Part shown: piece by piece, positions 54,201-64,000 of the stretch
Numbering within the stretch: the first letter of the stretch is position 1
How the letters are laid out: the number at the start of each line of letters is the position of its first letter
DNA from: Styela clava
Lineage: Eukaryota
Assembly: GCF_964204865.1 (NCBI RefSeq)
Contig: NC_135253.1
Coordinates: 1,302,001 to 1,366,000 of the forward strand
Length of the DNA: 64,000 nt
Direction: 5' to 3'
Translations under genes and position numbers: made by a program
The notes under the pieces: model-generated
Databases searched by the model: none
What the model saw: the letters and a program-made list of their open reading frames with translations, nothing else
Told to the model about the DNA's origin: nothing

Positions 54201-57200
54201 TACAACTTGTGAAAGAACATTACCGTTTTTTTCGAAAAGTATTTTTCATTCAATTATTATGATTGACGAAAAAAAGCACATCTTTTATACAAAAACGAGA
54301 GCCATACTATTTCGTAACTAACCACTTTATAGTTATCGATATGCATACACAGAACCAGAACCTACTGCTACTAAAATAAAATAGATAAGTATTTACATTC
54401 TTGTCAAAATAATTTTTGACTTCAGTTAAGAATTGACTGATCATTGCCTTTGTTGCGATTCCACCAGAATTTGTTCTCATTCCTTTTGATATTTCCAACG
54501 TATTAAAACCTAGTTCTTGAAAACCTTTAAAAGCCTGTGAGTAAAAAAATTATATAAATCAAGACAAATTAATATATTGAATCAACAATGTTTACAACAA
54601 TTGATCGAGTTCAATATAACATAACTTCTTTTTATCGTGTACCGTAACTTCTTCCAATAACTTTACCCATAGCATGTGGCTCAGAAAACATTCATTGAAA
54701 AGTTCAGGAAAACGGGTATAGTTTATGTAATTTTTCAGGTAATGGCATATATTGCTTGAAGCAGAAGCAGTTGAATAATTCAGTTTTGCAATTGCTATCA
54801 AAATAATAAAAGACATCCACTGTTTTATTCAGCACAATGTCAAATAGGTTGAAAAAATTGGAAAAAACAATGACTAGAAAATTCTGCTAAGCTCCTGTGA
54901 AAAGAGTCTTGGACCCATTAAAAAGGGAAGTGGCCTTAAAGTAATAGATTGTAAAAAATCTATGAATCAAAATTTATTGCAATTCAGTGCATTGCTGCAA
55001 GTCACAAGATAACGGTAGTATAGAAGTTGAAGAAATAGAGAATATTATAATTTTAAACAGTCACAGGCTTCACAGTTATAATAGATATAATAATAATAAA
55101 GCAACCGGACATTATTTGGCAATCTATTAACTCCCAAGTCCCAACTAAATCAATATACCGCTTACCTGCTTCAGATTTTCCCGTCCATCAAGAGGTTTGA
55201 GATCGGTGTATACACTGAAATTTAAATGAGCAAATTGTAGCAGAAAAAGTCTCATCAAATAACACATGGTGGAAACAACTAAGGGTTTTTATGATATAAA
55301 GTCTAAACCCTACTATACTTTATATCAGTATGACAAAGGAATATAGCTAAAGCAACTTTTCAAAGTAGGGATGAGAAAACTACAGTCTACAGGCGGCACA
55401 CGGTCCGCCAATGCATTTTATGCGCCACCTCCCTGTTCTTGGATAAAGTTGTGAAAATCTTTTACAGCTACAAACAAAATTTACCTTTATTTTCAGCTTA
55501 TTTAAAAAATCTATAATAACTATAAATTGTGATGGTAATGTTTATGAAGTTTTTTTCATCTCCGGTTAAACAATATCAGCACTCAGCCCCCCTTAAAATT
55601 GACACTAGCATATCGAATGGGAATAGTAACTGTAATGTCACATGCGACCCTTTGCAAAAAGGTTTGCTGAATGCGGCCCTTGCAAGAAAGACTTTACCCA
55701 CCCATGCATTGAAGAATTTTTGCTGACAATGTGAAAATGAAAGCAAGAAATAACAACAGAAAAGAGTTAAAAACTTCTACAATTCCAGAACAAAAAAGGC
55801 AAATTATAGTCACGAAAAACGAAAAATGCCGCTATCTTGTAGATTGATATTGAAACTTTCTTTTCAATTCCATCTTATTTTAAAGTATGTATCTTAGTTC
55901 AAGATTTATTGAAACTAATGAGACAAACAAATCGTGACTTGTTGTGAATCAACTTCAAGAATCTGTTACTTACATAAGCTCTGGTTTTAATTTATGTAGC
56001 ACAGCACAAAAGGCAAGTCCGTTTCTCCATGATGTTGTAAAGTTTGTCACTTTCACACCTCTGTATCCTTCAGTAACACTTTGACACCATTGTAATAATG
56101 GTTTGTTCAACTCTGATACTGGAGAACCATAAGTAACTGCTGGGGACTGAACTGAGGCAATGTTCTGTAAACAAATACTATTGGCATAAAATAGTAAAAA
56201 TGAATGAATTGATATGTTAGGGCAGCTTTATCCAAAAGGAAGGATGTATCTTTATAATATTAGCATTTGATTTTGTTTTCAAAACAGAATTTTGATTCAC
56301 TTATTTAAATACCAAACCCCCTTTTCAACTGGAGTCGCATGCTTTTTTATTTTCAATTCTGTTAGGTTGGAAGAAAATTGTAGTGCAATGTTGGATTCTA
56401 ATTCTTTTAGGTTGAGCCATCTGGTTCAAGACAGTCTTTAAACACTTCTTTTAAAGCTGATACCACCTTCTTATTAAGCAGTGTGGGGTGTAGTGGGGAA
56501 AAAACATTTTCACATTTTAGTGATACTTTGTATATCTTATTATTCTTTCCACTTCTGGCATTAAAAAACTCCAAGTATTTATTATTCACCAAACAGTGAA
56601 AGAAGAGCAATTATTTTACTATCGATCAATTATGTAATCTCATATTAGTAAACACAACCAGCATGTTTCCCTAACCATATAAATACATATATGAGTCATA
56701 TTCGTATTCTTTTTGTGAGCAAAGATTTTCTTGACTAACAACAAATTTAGCGAAGCGAAACAATTTGGAGTAGTTCAGGATATATATTTCTGACATAATT
56801 GTTAAGTTATCTCCGAGATATTACTGGCTTTTACATTCAATTGCTGAGATGGAACTAAGCCAACATCTATGGAAGGTCTCAATCTTCTTTTCTGTACAGG
56901 TGATGGCTCAGAATCTAGAAATAGTAAGATATTTGAGAAATTATCATAAACTATGCTATATTTTGCCACGGAGAAAAAAAAAACAGTCAACACAAACTAC
57001 TTTATAAAAAAAAGATGTTGAAAGAAAACAAAGATTCCATTTGGTAGCACAACATTAACAAGGAATAAATAGAACACTTAGTAGCTAGTAGCTTCATATG
57101 TCTTTTGTCCAGTAATGTTTGACAACAGAGGTAAAAACTTTGCTAAAAGTAGAAGCAAAATGAGAACATATTTCTTACTTTCAGAATCAGATGCAGCACT

Positions 57201-60200
57201 GTGGTTCTTACTGTTGTCAGTATTTGAATCATTCTGTTTCGTTGATACAGCTGACTTCTTCTCATCTCTGGAAGAAATGACAAAAACAAATGAGAAATTG
57301 CTATCAGGGTTAAGATACAGATATGGATATTTCCAAACCTTCAAAATAGAAAAGATCTTGGGCGCTCCCGAAGTATGTGCACCAAGATGACGCACAACCT
57401 GAACCCTAACCCGGTACACATACTGTTTCCAGGTTGTGCGCCATATTGGTGCACATACTTCTGGAGGTCCAGATCTTGTTATTTCCATGTAGACTGAATA
57501 AATACTGCAATGTCACAGAAAAAAAATGAAAATTGAATGAATAGTCATAAGAAAAATTCTGATTTGTGAGGCATAATCTTGAAAGTGAAGTCCTACTGGA
57601 GGTCAATGTTTTCATATGGATATAGAATGCCAATCAAATGTGGAGAAATCTAAACTATGAGGTGAAAGTGCAATTTCAAGGCTATCGTTTCATGGGAAGT
57701 TATGTGTGGGTTGCAACTTACAATTGGTGCTCTTGCTTAATTTTTATATTGTTTTATGAGGAAAGGTGCTTTCAGGGTGGACATGTCTAGGAAAACTTAA
57801 TTTTACCATATTGATGGCAAAATATTTGATTCAAATAATAAAAGAGAACTTGAGAAGAAAGTTCAATGAATTTGGGAGAAATAATGACAAAAGGATTTTG
57901 TCACGGATTGGTGTAATGACAGGATGTGTTGGAAGGGCCACAGTCAGAAGTCATCAAACATCAATGTCTCATGTATAATCCCATTTGGGACTATTTTGCG
58001 TGTTACATACGACTTTTAGTAAGGAGTAAAAATTGGGTAAATATGACTGATGTCAGTTTATACATACCCAGCTTCATTTGACTTTGAACTTGCCAGAGAA
58101 ACTTTATCAGCAATACTTCCACTGATACTTGGTTGTCTGCTTGATGTTCGAGAATTGGCTAAATTTAGGAAAACATTCTGAGGTGATTGTGTATAGTGCT
58201 CTTATTTTGTAAAGATTGAGTGAAAACAATGCAACGCCAAGGAACTTGAATTTAATCAAAAAAAAAAATTTTAAAATTAACTTTTCAAATTTTTTAATCA
58301 AAAGTCCCAAACACTGAAATCTTGGCACTACAGAAGTGTGTGTGCCAATATGGAGGTAACTAATTTTGTTTACTTTACATCAAGTTGTGTGAAGAGACTG
58401 AAAGCTATGGGCAGAGGGTATATTCACTTGGCTAGCACAGACAGTCCCTGAACTCGTAATAGAACTAATTAAAGGAAAATCGGAATGAAATTATGGCCTA
58501 ACCGTAACCTAGTACACACACTACAGGAGTACCGAAATCTTTGATACTCGAATTTATGTTTCTACGGAACAAAGAGCTTTGAAAAGTCACAATAGCTCAA
58601 ATAACTCGCATACTTAATTCATTTCGATACCTCCATTAATCATCAAAAATACTATACATCTTCATACCTATCACATTAACATTCGGATGAAGTGAGTTAC
58701 TTAATTTGACTTCTTCATTTGAATCGTCTCCCATAGCATTTTTACTGAACATTTCAATCTGTTGTGTAAGATCATGAAGTTGATTTTTAATTGAACTTCC
58801 TCTACTGTTTAATGAACCTGATCTTTTGGATGCTGAATCTAAAAAATTATGCCAGGCAAAAATAAATAAATTCCTCTGAAAATATAAAAAGTAAATACGG
58901 TATGATATTTAAAGAGGTAAATTAATAAAGATTGTTTCCGTATTTATTTAATAAAACACAATTATTTGTATTCATAGTGAAGACAAAAATAAAATTACTA
59001 ACCTAGATCCATATCATCAAATTCTGTCATATCACCAATATCAACAGCCCCGAGTCTAATTGTATCTTCACTTGTTGTACTGCCAGCCACAGACATCATA
59101 TCAGAATCGCTAGAAAGTAATATTATGAATATTATCTCTCAATGAAGCGAGAGTAAGTGACATTGACATTTTTCTAAACAATACAATAATAACATTAATG
59201 GTAACTTTGGGAAAATATTCACTTCTTAGAAAATTTGACAAAAAATCATCGCAACTGAGAGATTTTATTCATAATACATAACATAAATCAGAATTTAGCA
59301 ACACACTTTAGTAAGAATTCAAATAATTTGAAACTAGAGTGAATTTCAGGGAATGTCAGTGGTTTAAATACGAATACCCTATACATTTCGCAGACTGAAC
59401 AACATTGTGTGAGCATTTGTAACCTGTAATAAAATTGTAAAAAACTGCTTCAATTGCTTAGTGTGGAAAGGAAATAATGCAAACACTTTAATTTTGAAGC
59501 CCAAGCTAAAATAAGTAACCTAAGTTGGCATCGCCTACAAAATTGAAATGTAAATGAAAGAGTAATTACTATAAATATATTAGGTAGTATGGCCGAACAC
59601 AATTGTTAATTCATGATCGGCATACATTACAAATGCATTTATACCAGATCTAGATCGTAAACTATGCCATGAATAAAAACAGCATAAGCTGTAAGAATTT
59701 GGTTATGGTTAGGGTCACAATGCCTATTTCCAGCCATTTCAGTAATTACCAATACTGAGGTTTGGGATGCCATAACTGGAATTATTACATTTTCTGGTGA
59801 GGAAATATATTTATATGTTTTATGAAAGCAATAGGCAAAATAAATATAATCAAAGACACTAATACAACAGAACTTGCTGAATTTTGTACATATTCTGTGA
59901 AAGTGATACAGACAAATTTGATTAAAGTTGACACTATATTACCCTCGACGTACTACACTCACGTTGCTGCCCCTTCTTTCAAAAACTCGCAATTAATCAG
60001 AATCGATAGATTAGCAGAAGACAATTTGCTTGTCATTGGTTTGAATCTGATGTTAAGAGGCCTTGAGCCTGATACTTCTGTGACATGATCCGTCATATCA
60101 ATACGGGCAGTTGCAATTGCTTTACGTCTGCCATTCTGAGTTTCCTGTAAAAATTAAATAGAACCTATTATTTGTTGGAGTTAAGTTAGGACTAAGGGAT

Positions 60201-63200
60201 TTATGCCGTTTCGAGGCCAAGGATCTATAGCAGCGATTCCCAACCAAGGGCCCATGGCCCAACAAGGGTGCCGCCACAGAACAGCTGGTACATGGCCACA
60301 ATGCTAGTCGCAAAACTGATTCTACTTTTCCCTTTACAAAAAACTCCCCCTTCCTTTTAAATTTTATTGCTTGATGCGGTTCGTGTTTACACTTATTTTT
60401 GCATGAACATAATGAGATTTGGAATCTACCAACCAAAATAACGCTACAAATACCACAGTAATTATAAACAGGGGGGCCATGAGTGCTTAAATGCCTCCAG
60501 AAGTGGGCCACGAGCCCTAAGAGGTTGTGAACCACTGATCTATACCGTCATCAATGCAGTATTACCATCAATCGAGATCAAAAATTCGGTCCAGTAATGA
60601 TATAATAAAAATGTCAATAATGAAACGATTTAAAAATCTTTCCATTGTTTCATTACATAGTTTTAGTATTTTAATTTCAATATCTACATTTTGAATCATA
60701 TTCACATCTTTCTGATAGCTAGATATAAAATAAATCATTCAAACTTATTCTTCTCTAAGCAAAGATCACAGATGTATCCATTTTTAACCAGATAAACTTA
60801 TAGCATTGAATATAGAAAATGCTACAAGTATGCTTTATTTTGATCCAAATAATGTATTAACAGCAGCCAATTGGAAACTTATGCATTCTTCTTTGTTTTA
60901 AAATATGTCAACTAGTGACTGTGAGTTGCTAACGAAAGTTGGAATTGGTAGACAACAATTAATTCAAGATTTACATATATTCAGAAATGTTTTCAAATGG
61001 TTTTCAAACAATGTTTACATGATGCTTTTTGCCTTTGCCACTATGCATTTGGTATAGATATGAATTGAATTGCCATGGTAAAATATTTCTCCCATTATAA
61101 AATAGAATTAGACTATGGTATAATATTTGCTTTATTAATCAATTTACCAATTGGTTTTAGCATTAATTAATGATGCAATGAATATTTCAACCACATTACA
61201 AGACTTAGTTTCTGAGAATTCACAACAAATTGTGTCATGCTATATAAATATTTTAGTTCAAGACAGTTCACGAAGCAAGCAAAGCATGTTTCTATATATA
61301 TTACCATGTTACATAGATAGTTTGCTTAAGATGTTCATGACAACTATTAATAAAAGATCTAGGCTAAATCAAATTATAGACAAATCATGAAACTGGCCAA
61401 TATAATACCATTTAGGTACATGTACAAACACAATCCATTCAGTTTTTCATCACAAGAGTATAGAAAATAACAATTATCGAAACTAAATTGAACATTGTAA
61501 ATTCATTCCAATTCATGCTATGATAAATAAACTGAATAGAAATGCACCTAGTTTACTGCAAATCAGATTTGAGTCAGTGTTGACAGAGTTGAACAATTAC
61601 CAAAATCCACAAGACATATATATCAAGCATCACACAACTATGAAACATTGTAAATTATTGAAACAAAAAAATGATAAAAAAATTTACGTTTTCAAGTATA
61701 AAAACCCAATCTTTCGGTTCGTACTGTCCTCTGCGAGCGTCTTTAAATAATGTTACTTCAATTTCAAGTACTTCAGGATTGAGTTTTGACCATTCCACAG
61801 CTCCCTTGTATGGATTTTCCACTCCTGGTTTCCAACTCTGAGACTAGAATTCAAAATAAAAAATATAATAAATGAAGTGAAAATACCGTAGATATATTAT
61901 GGCATCAAAAGTTAGGAATGTATTCAACCTCACAACTATAAAAACTAATCAAATTTCGCTTTCAGGCAGAGAAGCGAAATTTTTACAAAATTAGCTCTTA
62001 GAATGAATCAGCAGAATATTATTTTTCATAGTAGTCTACCAATATTTCAAACATAAGTGTGAATATGCTGGCAGAATATTAGCAATGATTACACACATGA
62101 AACAGTACTGGAGGTGATGGCATTTGATTTGACACACATAAATAACCTGCTGATCATCAGTCAGCACATTTCAAATATCACTTGTTTAGAATATAGAAGC
62201 GGCTTCTAGAAGTGGAAATTCAATTTTAAAAAACCTGGCCAATTAAATTGGGAAAACATCAACAAATTTCAAACATGTTAATATTACACTTTTGTAGCAA
62301 AATAAAGTCATATTTTATCAATTCATTTATAACAACAAAAACAGTATCATAACAGATTTATCAAATATTGACGCTCCCTGAATTTGTGGTTTATGTTCAG
62401 TGTAGAGGATAACAGATAAGTGTGAATGGTCAATGTGCATCATCAACATTTTGATGTTTGACTAATCAATTAAAGAAAGTGATGAAATAATCTGTGGATA
62501 AATCTGCTAATGGACTTGACACATTAAAATTAAACATATAATAGAAGATTATCTCCTCTAATCATGCATATTCAAGCGCTGGCCATAGTTGTGATGAGTC
62601 ATGACATTGTAATCCAGTGTCTATACATATAGTAAAAAAATAAATAAAATTGAATAATATAACCCAGTTGTGTCAAAATTGGTATATCTAGTAGGCAGTA
62701 GCCTATATAAGGTAATATCTTACACTTTCATTGTACTTTAGAATATTACAGTTTGAACAGCCACAAAACTAACATAAATCTAGTTAATCGCGTCCAAGAA
62801 GTGTTATCATACCACGTCATCTCAGAAATAGGGATGGGGGGGGGGGGGGGTTCGAGATAATTAATCATGTTGAAGTGATTAAATTAAATACAAAATAGAG
62901 AATCAATAAGAAGTTTATATTTATCTGAAGAATATAATAATGTTTAATTACTGATAAAATTTAAAAATATTTTACTGTTCAAGGTTACTACAATTATAAA
63001 ACTATAAATGCTGCTATCCAGGTAATAATACTAATTAATAGGCTAAACTAAAGCTATACTCTATCAGGTTTTCACAGAAAATATGATACTGGCGGTCAAT
63101 CAGTGAATTACAGATTCAATGCACTGAAAATATTATTTTTGTGTACAATGGAGACAGACACAATAGGTCATAGCAAAACTGCTGATAATTAAAGAAAAAT

Positions 63201-63359
63201 ATTATACATCCCTTTATCAAGATCCAACTACACAGATTAAAATAGCTTTAGGATATTGAAAAACAAGATTATCATTTATATCTTAATAATACAGGACATA
63301 CCGAAGTTTCTTTTCTTCGTTTTCGTCTGGTCCAGGCTACTGCTAACTTGTATGGTTGC
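21113..63359 (-). CDS. EHBP1: EH domain-binding protein 1 orthologue (NT-C2, CH, bMERB, CaaX); spliced, 5'-partial
   Basis: Manual splicing of 25 GT-AG exons with consistent phases gives about 1450 codons. Recognisable motifs: [16 protein letters not shown] and [12 protein letters not shown] (NT-C2); [35 protein letters not shown] (CH); [10 protein letters not shown]; [20 protein letters not shown] and [29 protein letters not shown] (bMERB); terminal CSVM*. Domain order matches EHBP1. Confidence 0.95.
21306..21420 (-). CDS. EHBP1: EHBP1 exon, bMERB helix 3
   Basis: [33 protein letters not shown]; ttgcag/gtaagt. Confidence 0.93.
22287..22349 (+). repeat. 5'-truncated second copy of the hammerhead-bearing repeat
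   Basis: Near-identical to 32116-32178 (ttggtcagacgaaacgttacagaaatatatttgtgttagtgtgcagca) but lacks the CUGANGA strand. Confidence 0.8.
24241..24314 (-). CDS. EHBP1: EHBP1 exon, bMERB: [24 protein letters not shown]
   Basis: ttcaag/gtacgg; resembles EKEHDL...LNRELR.MLAIE. Confidence 0.9.
24439..24544 (-). CDS. EHBP1: EHBP1 exon, bMERB: [25 protein letters not shown]
   Basis: ttccag/gtaagt; bMERB signature. Confidence 0.93.
29745..29875. mobile_element. Tc1/mariner-type MITE remnant
   Basis: TA|CAGGGTGACACCAAAAA ... TTTTTGGTCACCCTA|TA inverted ends with TA flanks. Confidence 0.55.
32106..32145 (+). ncRNA. Minimal type I hammerhead ribozyme motif (Penelope-like element type)
   Basis: UGU-CUGAGGA-A-GUCUGA(UUUUGG)UCAGAC-GAAACGUU-ACA: intact core, perfect 6-bp stem II, 3-bp stem I, palindromic ACGU in place of stem III. 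Confidence 0.65.
42990..43615. promoter_or_regulatory. Candidate intronic enhancer with clustered Otx/Bicoid-type sites
   Basis: TAATCC/GGATTA at 43222, 43337, 43531 and 43606, plus several NAATCCC variants, in a locally GC-richer block. Confidence 0.4.
45828..45948 (+). mobile_element. MITE, related short form (about 120 bp)
   Basis: Long TIRs GGTGCTCCCGAAGTA..GTACCAAGATG, internal GGTTAGGGTT, perfect TSD gaaatacg. Confidence 0.85.
46208..46414 (-). CDS. Candidate 68-aa single-pass membrane microprotein, or alternative EHBP1 terminal exon, at the start of the 22-kb intron
   Basis: aagATG start; hydrophobic run [20 protein letters not shown] followed by a basic tail HRPETKKKQ; AATAAA about 100 nt downstream (46109-46104). 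No recognised homology. Confidence 0.35.
   Translation of the reverse strand: MQRLDESKLEAYGYYNSFLRDISPAYDHALNVSAFSFFGLFLLLLVVFVLLVFYHVYKCHRPETKKKQ
46603..46702 (-). CDS. EHBP1: EHBP1 exon, bMERB helix 1: [30 protein letters not shown]
   Basis: tttaag/gtgagt; coiled coil preceding the QEWF motif. Confidence 0.85.
46927..47048 (-). CDS. EHBP1: EHBP1 exon: [22 protein letters not shown]...NNTSE
   Basis: tttcag/gtatgt, phase-compatible. Confidence 0.8.
47294..47554 (-). CDS. EHBP1: EHBP1 Pro/Ser-rich exon
   Basis: ccatag/gttcgt; overlaps ORF 47241-47615. Confidence 0.78.
48098..49192 (-). CDS. EHBP1: EHBP1 large low-complexity exon (S/T/E/N-rich)
   Basis: 1095-nt open exon overlapping ORF 48009-49067; tttcag/gtatta. 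Confidence 0.85.
49435..49552 (-). CDS. EHBP1: EHBP1 exon: [16 protein letters not shown]
   Basis: tttcag/gtaaca; resembles the EHBP1 LKERARxLLEQAR motif. Confidence 0.88.
51570..51680 (-). CDS. EHBP1: EHBP1 exon: [19 protein letters not shown]
   Basis: ctgaag/gtgaga, 37 codons, helical segment. Confidence 0.8.
51762..51854 (-). CDS. EHBP1: EHBP1 exon: [16 protein letters not shown]
   Basis: tttcag/gtagga, 31 codons. Confidence 0.78.
51953..52243. mobile_element. hAT (Charlie-type) MITE
   Basis: TIRs CAGTGATTCTCAAAC / GTTTGAGAACCACTG; TSD atctatag/acccatag. Confidence 0.75.
52531..53003 (-). CDS. EHBP1: EHBP1 exon, Glu/Ser-rich linker
   Basis: tcacag/gtaagt; overlaps ORF 52516-52851. Confidence 0.85.
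53850..54105 (-). CDS. EHBP1: EHBP1 exon, acidic linker
   Basis: atttag/gtattt; overlaps ORF 53806-54081. Confidence 0.82.
54397..54534 (-). CDS. EHBP1: EHBP1 exon, CH domain C-terminal part: AFKGFQELG...FLTEVKNYF
   Basis: tcacag/gtaaat, 46 codons. Confidence 0.82.
55166..55214 (-). CDS. EHBP1: EHBP1 exon, CH domain: [16 protein letters not shown]
   Basis: tttcag/gtaagc, phase-compatible. Confidence 0.85.
55366..55706. mobile_element. Degenerate hAT-type MITE
   Basis: Ends TAGGGATGAGAAAAC and CTTTACCCACCCATG with CGGCCC-like subterminal motifs; TSD poorly preserved. Confidence 0.5.
55974..56164 (-). CDS. EHBP1: EHBP1 exon, CH domain N-terminal half
   Basis: [41 protein letters not shown]; ttacag/gtaagt. 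Confidence 0.95.
56318..56358 (-). CDS. EHBP1: Tentative 41-nt EHBP1 exon: [13 protein letters not shown]
   Basis: An exon converting phase 1 to phase 0 is required here; this ctaacag/gtttgg segment fits but has a weak donor. Confidence 0.45.
56825..56914 (-). CDS. EHBP1: EHBP1 linker exon: [17 protein letters not shown]
   Basis: ttctag/gtaata boundaries, phase-compatible. Confidence 0.75.
57179..57267 (-). CDS. EHBP1: EHBP1 linker exon: [15 protein letters not shown]
   Basis: ttccag/gtaaga boundaries, phase-compatible. Confidence 0.75.
57361..57470 (-). mobile_element. MITE, related short form (110 bp)
   Basis: TIRs GGCGCTCCCGAAGTATGTGCACCAA, internal AACCCTAACC, perfect TSD agatcttg. Confidence 0.85.
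58068..58158 (-). CDS. EHBP1: EHBP1 linker exon: [18 protein letters not shown]
   Basis: atttag/gtatgt boundaries; bridges phase 1 to phase 2. Confidence 0.75.
58324..58533 (-). mobile_element. MITE, same family, long form, intronic
   Basis: Similar to the 5508 and 10554 copies; perfect 8-bp TSD gaaatctt. Confidence 0.88.
58701..58838 (-). CDS. EHBP1: EHBP1 linker exon: SASKRSG...[12 protein letters not shown]
   Basis: ttttag/gtaact boundaries, open frame, phase-compatible. Confidence 0.8.
59003..59109 (-). CDS. EHBP1: EHBP1 exon: [10 protein letters not shown]...[13 protein letters not shown]
   Basis: ttctag/gttagt boundaries; resembles the DEDMQSLAS...DIGNLDDF segment. Confidence 0.88.
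59963..60144 (-). CDS. EHBP1: EHBP1 exon (NT-C2): [17 protein letters not shown]...FKP...FLKEGAA
   Basis: ttacag/gtgagt boundaries; NT-C2 C-terminal motif. Confidence 0.92.
60231..60537. mobile_element. hAT (Charlie-type) MITE
   Basis: TIRs CAGCGATTCCCAACC / GGTTGTGAACCACTG; TSD atctatag/atctatac; GGGCC subterminal motifs. Confidence 0.8.
61688..61843 (-). CDS. EHBP1: EHBP1 exon (NT-C2): [14 protein letters not shown]...EVTLFKD...WVFILEN
   Basis: ttctag/gtaaat boundaries, 52 codons, NT-C2 signature. Confidence 0.92.
63302..63359 (-). CDS. EHBP1: EHBP1 exon (NT-C2): [19 protein letters not shown]
   Basis: tttcag acceptor, gtatgt donor; resembles vertebrate WQPDKLVVVWTRRSRRK. Confidence 0.9.
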
Positions 63360-64000
63360 CTGAAACATTAAACAAAATAAAACGTCATTATTAAAAATCA
63401 TGACACTCATAAATAGATAAACGAATATGCCCAGATCATAGTTAATTAAACTATAAAAACTATATCATAAGATCATGATATAGGCACAGCAATAGCAATC
63501 AACATGATTTTAATTATATATCAAATGGAAAAAAAAATATGAATGAATTATTGCAAGATTATACTATAAGCAATATTTCGAAGGTAATTTATTTCTTGAA
63601 TAGATTTTATCTTACAGAATGTCATAAATTTAATACCCGCTATAGCATGCCTGTGTTAGCCTTTCTCCATACTAGAGGAACACTGTTTACATTTTTCTGG
63701 TATATGCTAATAATGTTACTTTAATAAGGATGTGAATGTGATATTATCAGAAAAATATTATTCAGTATTCCCAAATGCAAATGATAAATCGTAATAATTG
63801 TAACTCAAAACTTTCTAATGAACTTTGCAGTGACATAAAAAAATGATTCGTGTCAAATTTATGAAATGAACATTAATAATAAATGTTATGAAGCGACATA
63901 AAACAACATGATTTCTTTTAACATAAAGTGATATCAAACTCTCAAACTGTGGTTTCGATTCTATTAGACTGTATACTTTTGGGCAGATGGGAAAACTGGC

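Noticed and set aside
57889-57897. NPF-encoding triplets on the minus strand in an EHBP1 intron
   Set aside because: In-frame stop two codons upstream and no usable splice acceptor
143-63724. Most of the short six-frame ORFs; CRISPR arrays or prokaryotic operons
   Set aside because: The ORFs are short with AT-driven composition and no recognisable domains, and several are antisense shadows of EHBP1 exons or overlap MITEs. The DNA is intron-containing eukaryotic sequence with no regularly spaced repeat-spacer array.

Overview
AT-rich eukaryotic (animal) genomic DNA. The overall style suggests an invertebrate such as an ascidian, but the taxon cannot be confirmed from this window. The main feature is one minus-strand, intron-rich gene, an EHBP1 orthologue (NT-C2, calponin-homology and bMERB domains, C-terminal CaaX 'CSVM'). 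I reconstructed 25 phase-compatible GT-AG exons (one tentative) from 63359 to the stop at 21113, about 1450 codons; the first coding exon lies beyond the window. A 22-kb intron splits the bMERB domain, and about 21 kb with no recognisable gene lies 3' of the gene. These non-coding stretches carry clusters of Otx/Bicoid-type (TAATCC), ETS/GATA, Su(H), Pbx/Meis and Zic-like sites. This fits the ancient Ehbp1-Otx genomic regulatory block, with Otx predicted just beyond coordinate 1 (inference). Other features: a 2.5-kb CACTA/EnSpm-like element with an internal spliced-looking unit, five copies of a GG..CC MITE family with 8-bp TSDs, hAT and Tc1/mariner-type MITEs, a minimal Penelope-type hammerhead ribozyme motif, a 41-bp-stem hairpin in the 3' UTR, and an intronic 68-aa transmembrane small ORF. 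Most short ORFs in the supplied track are spurious.
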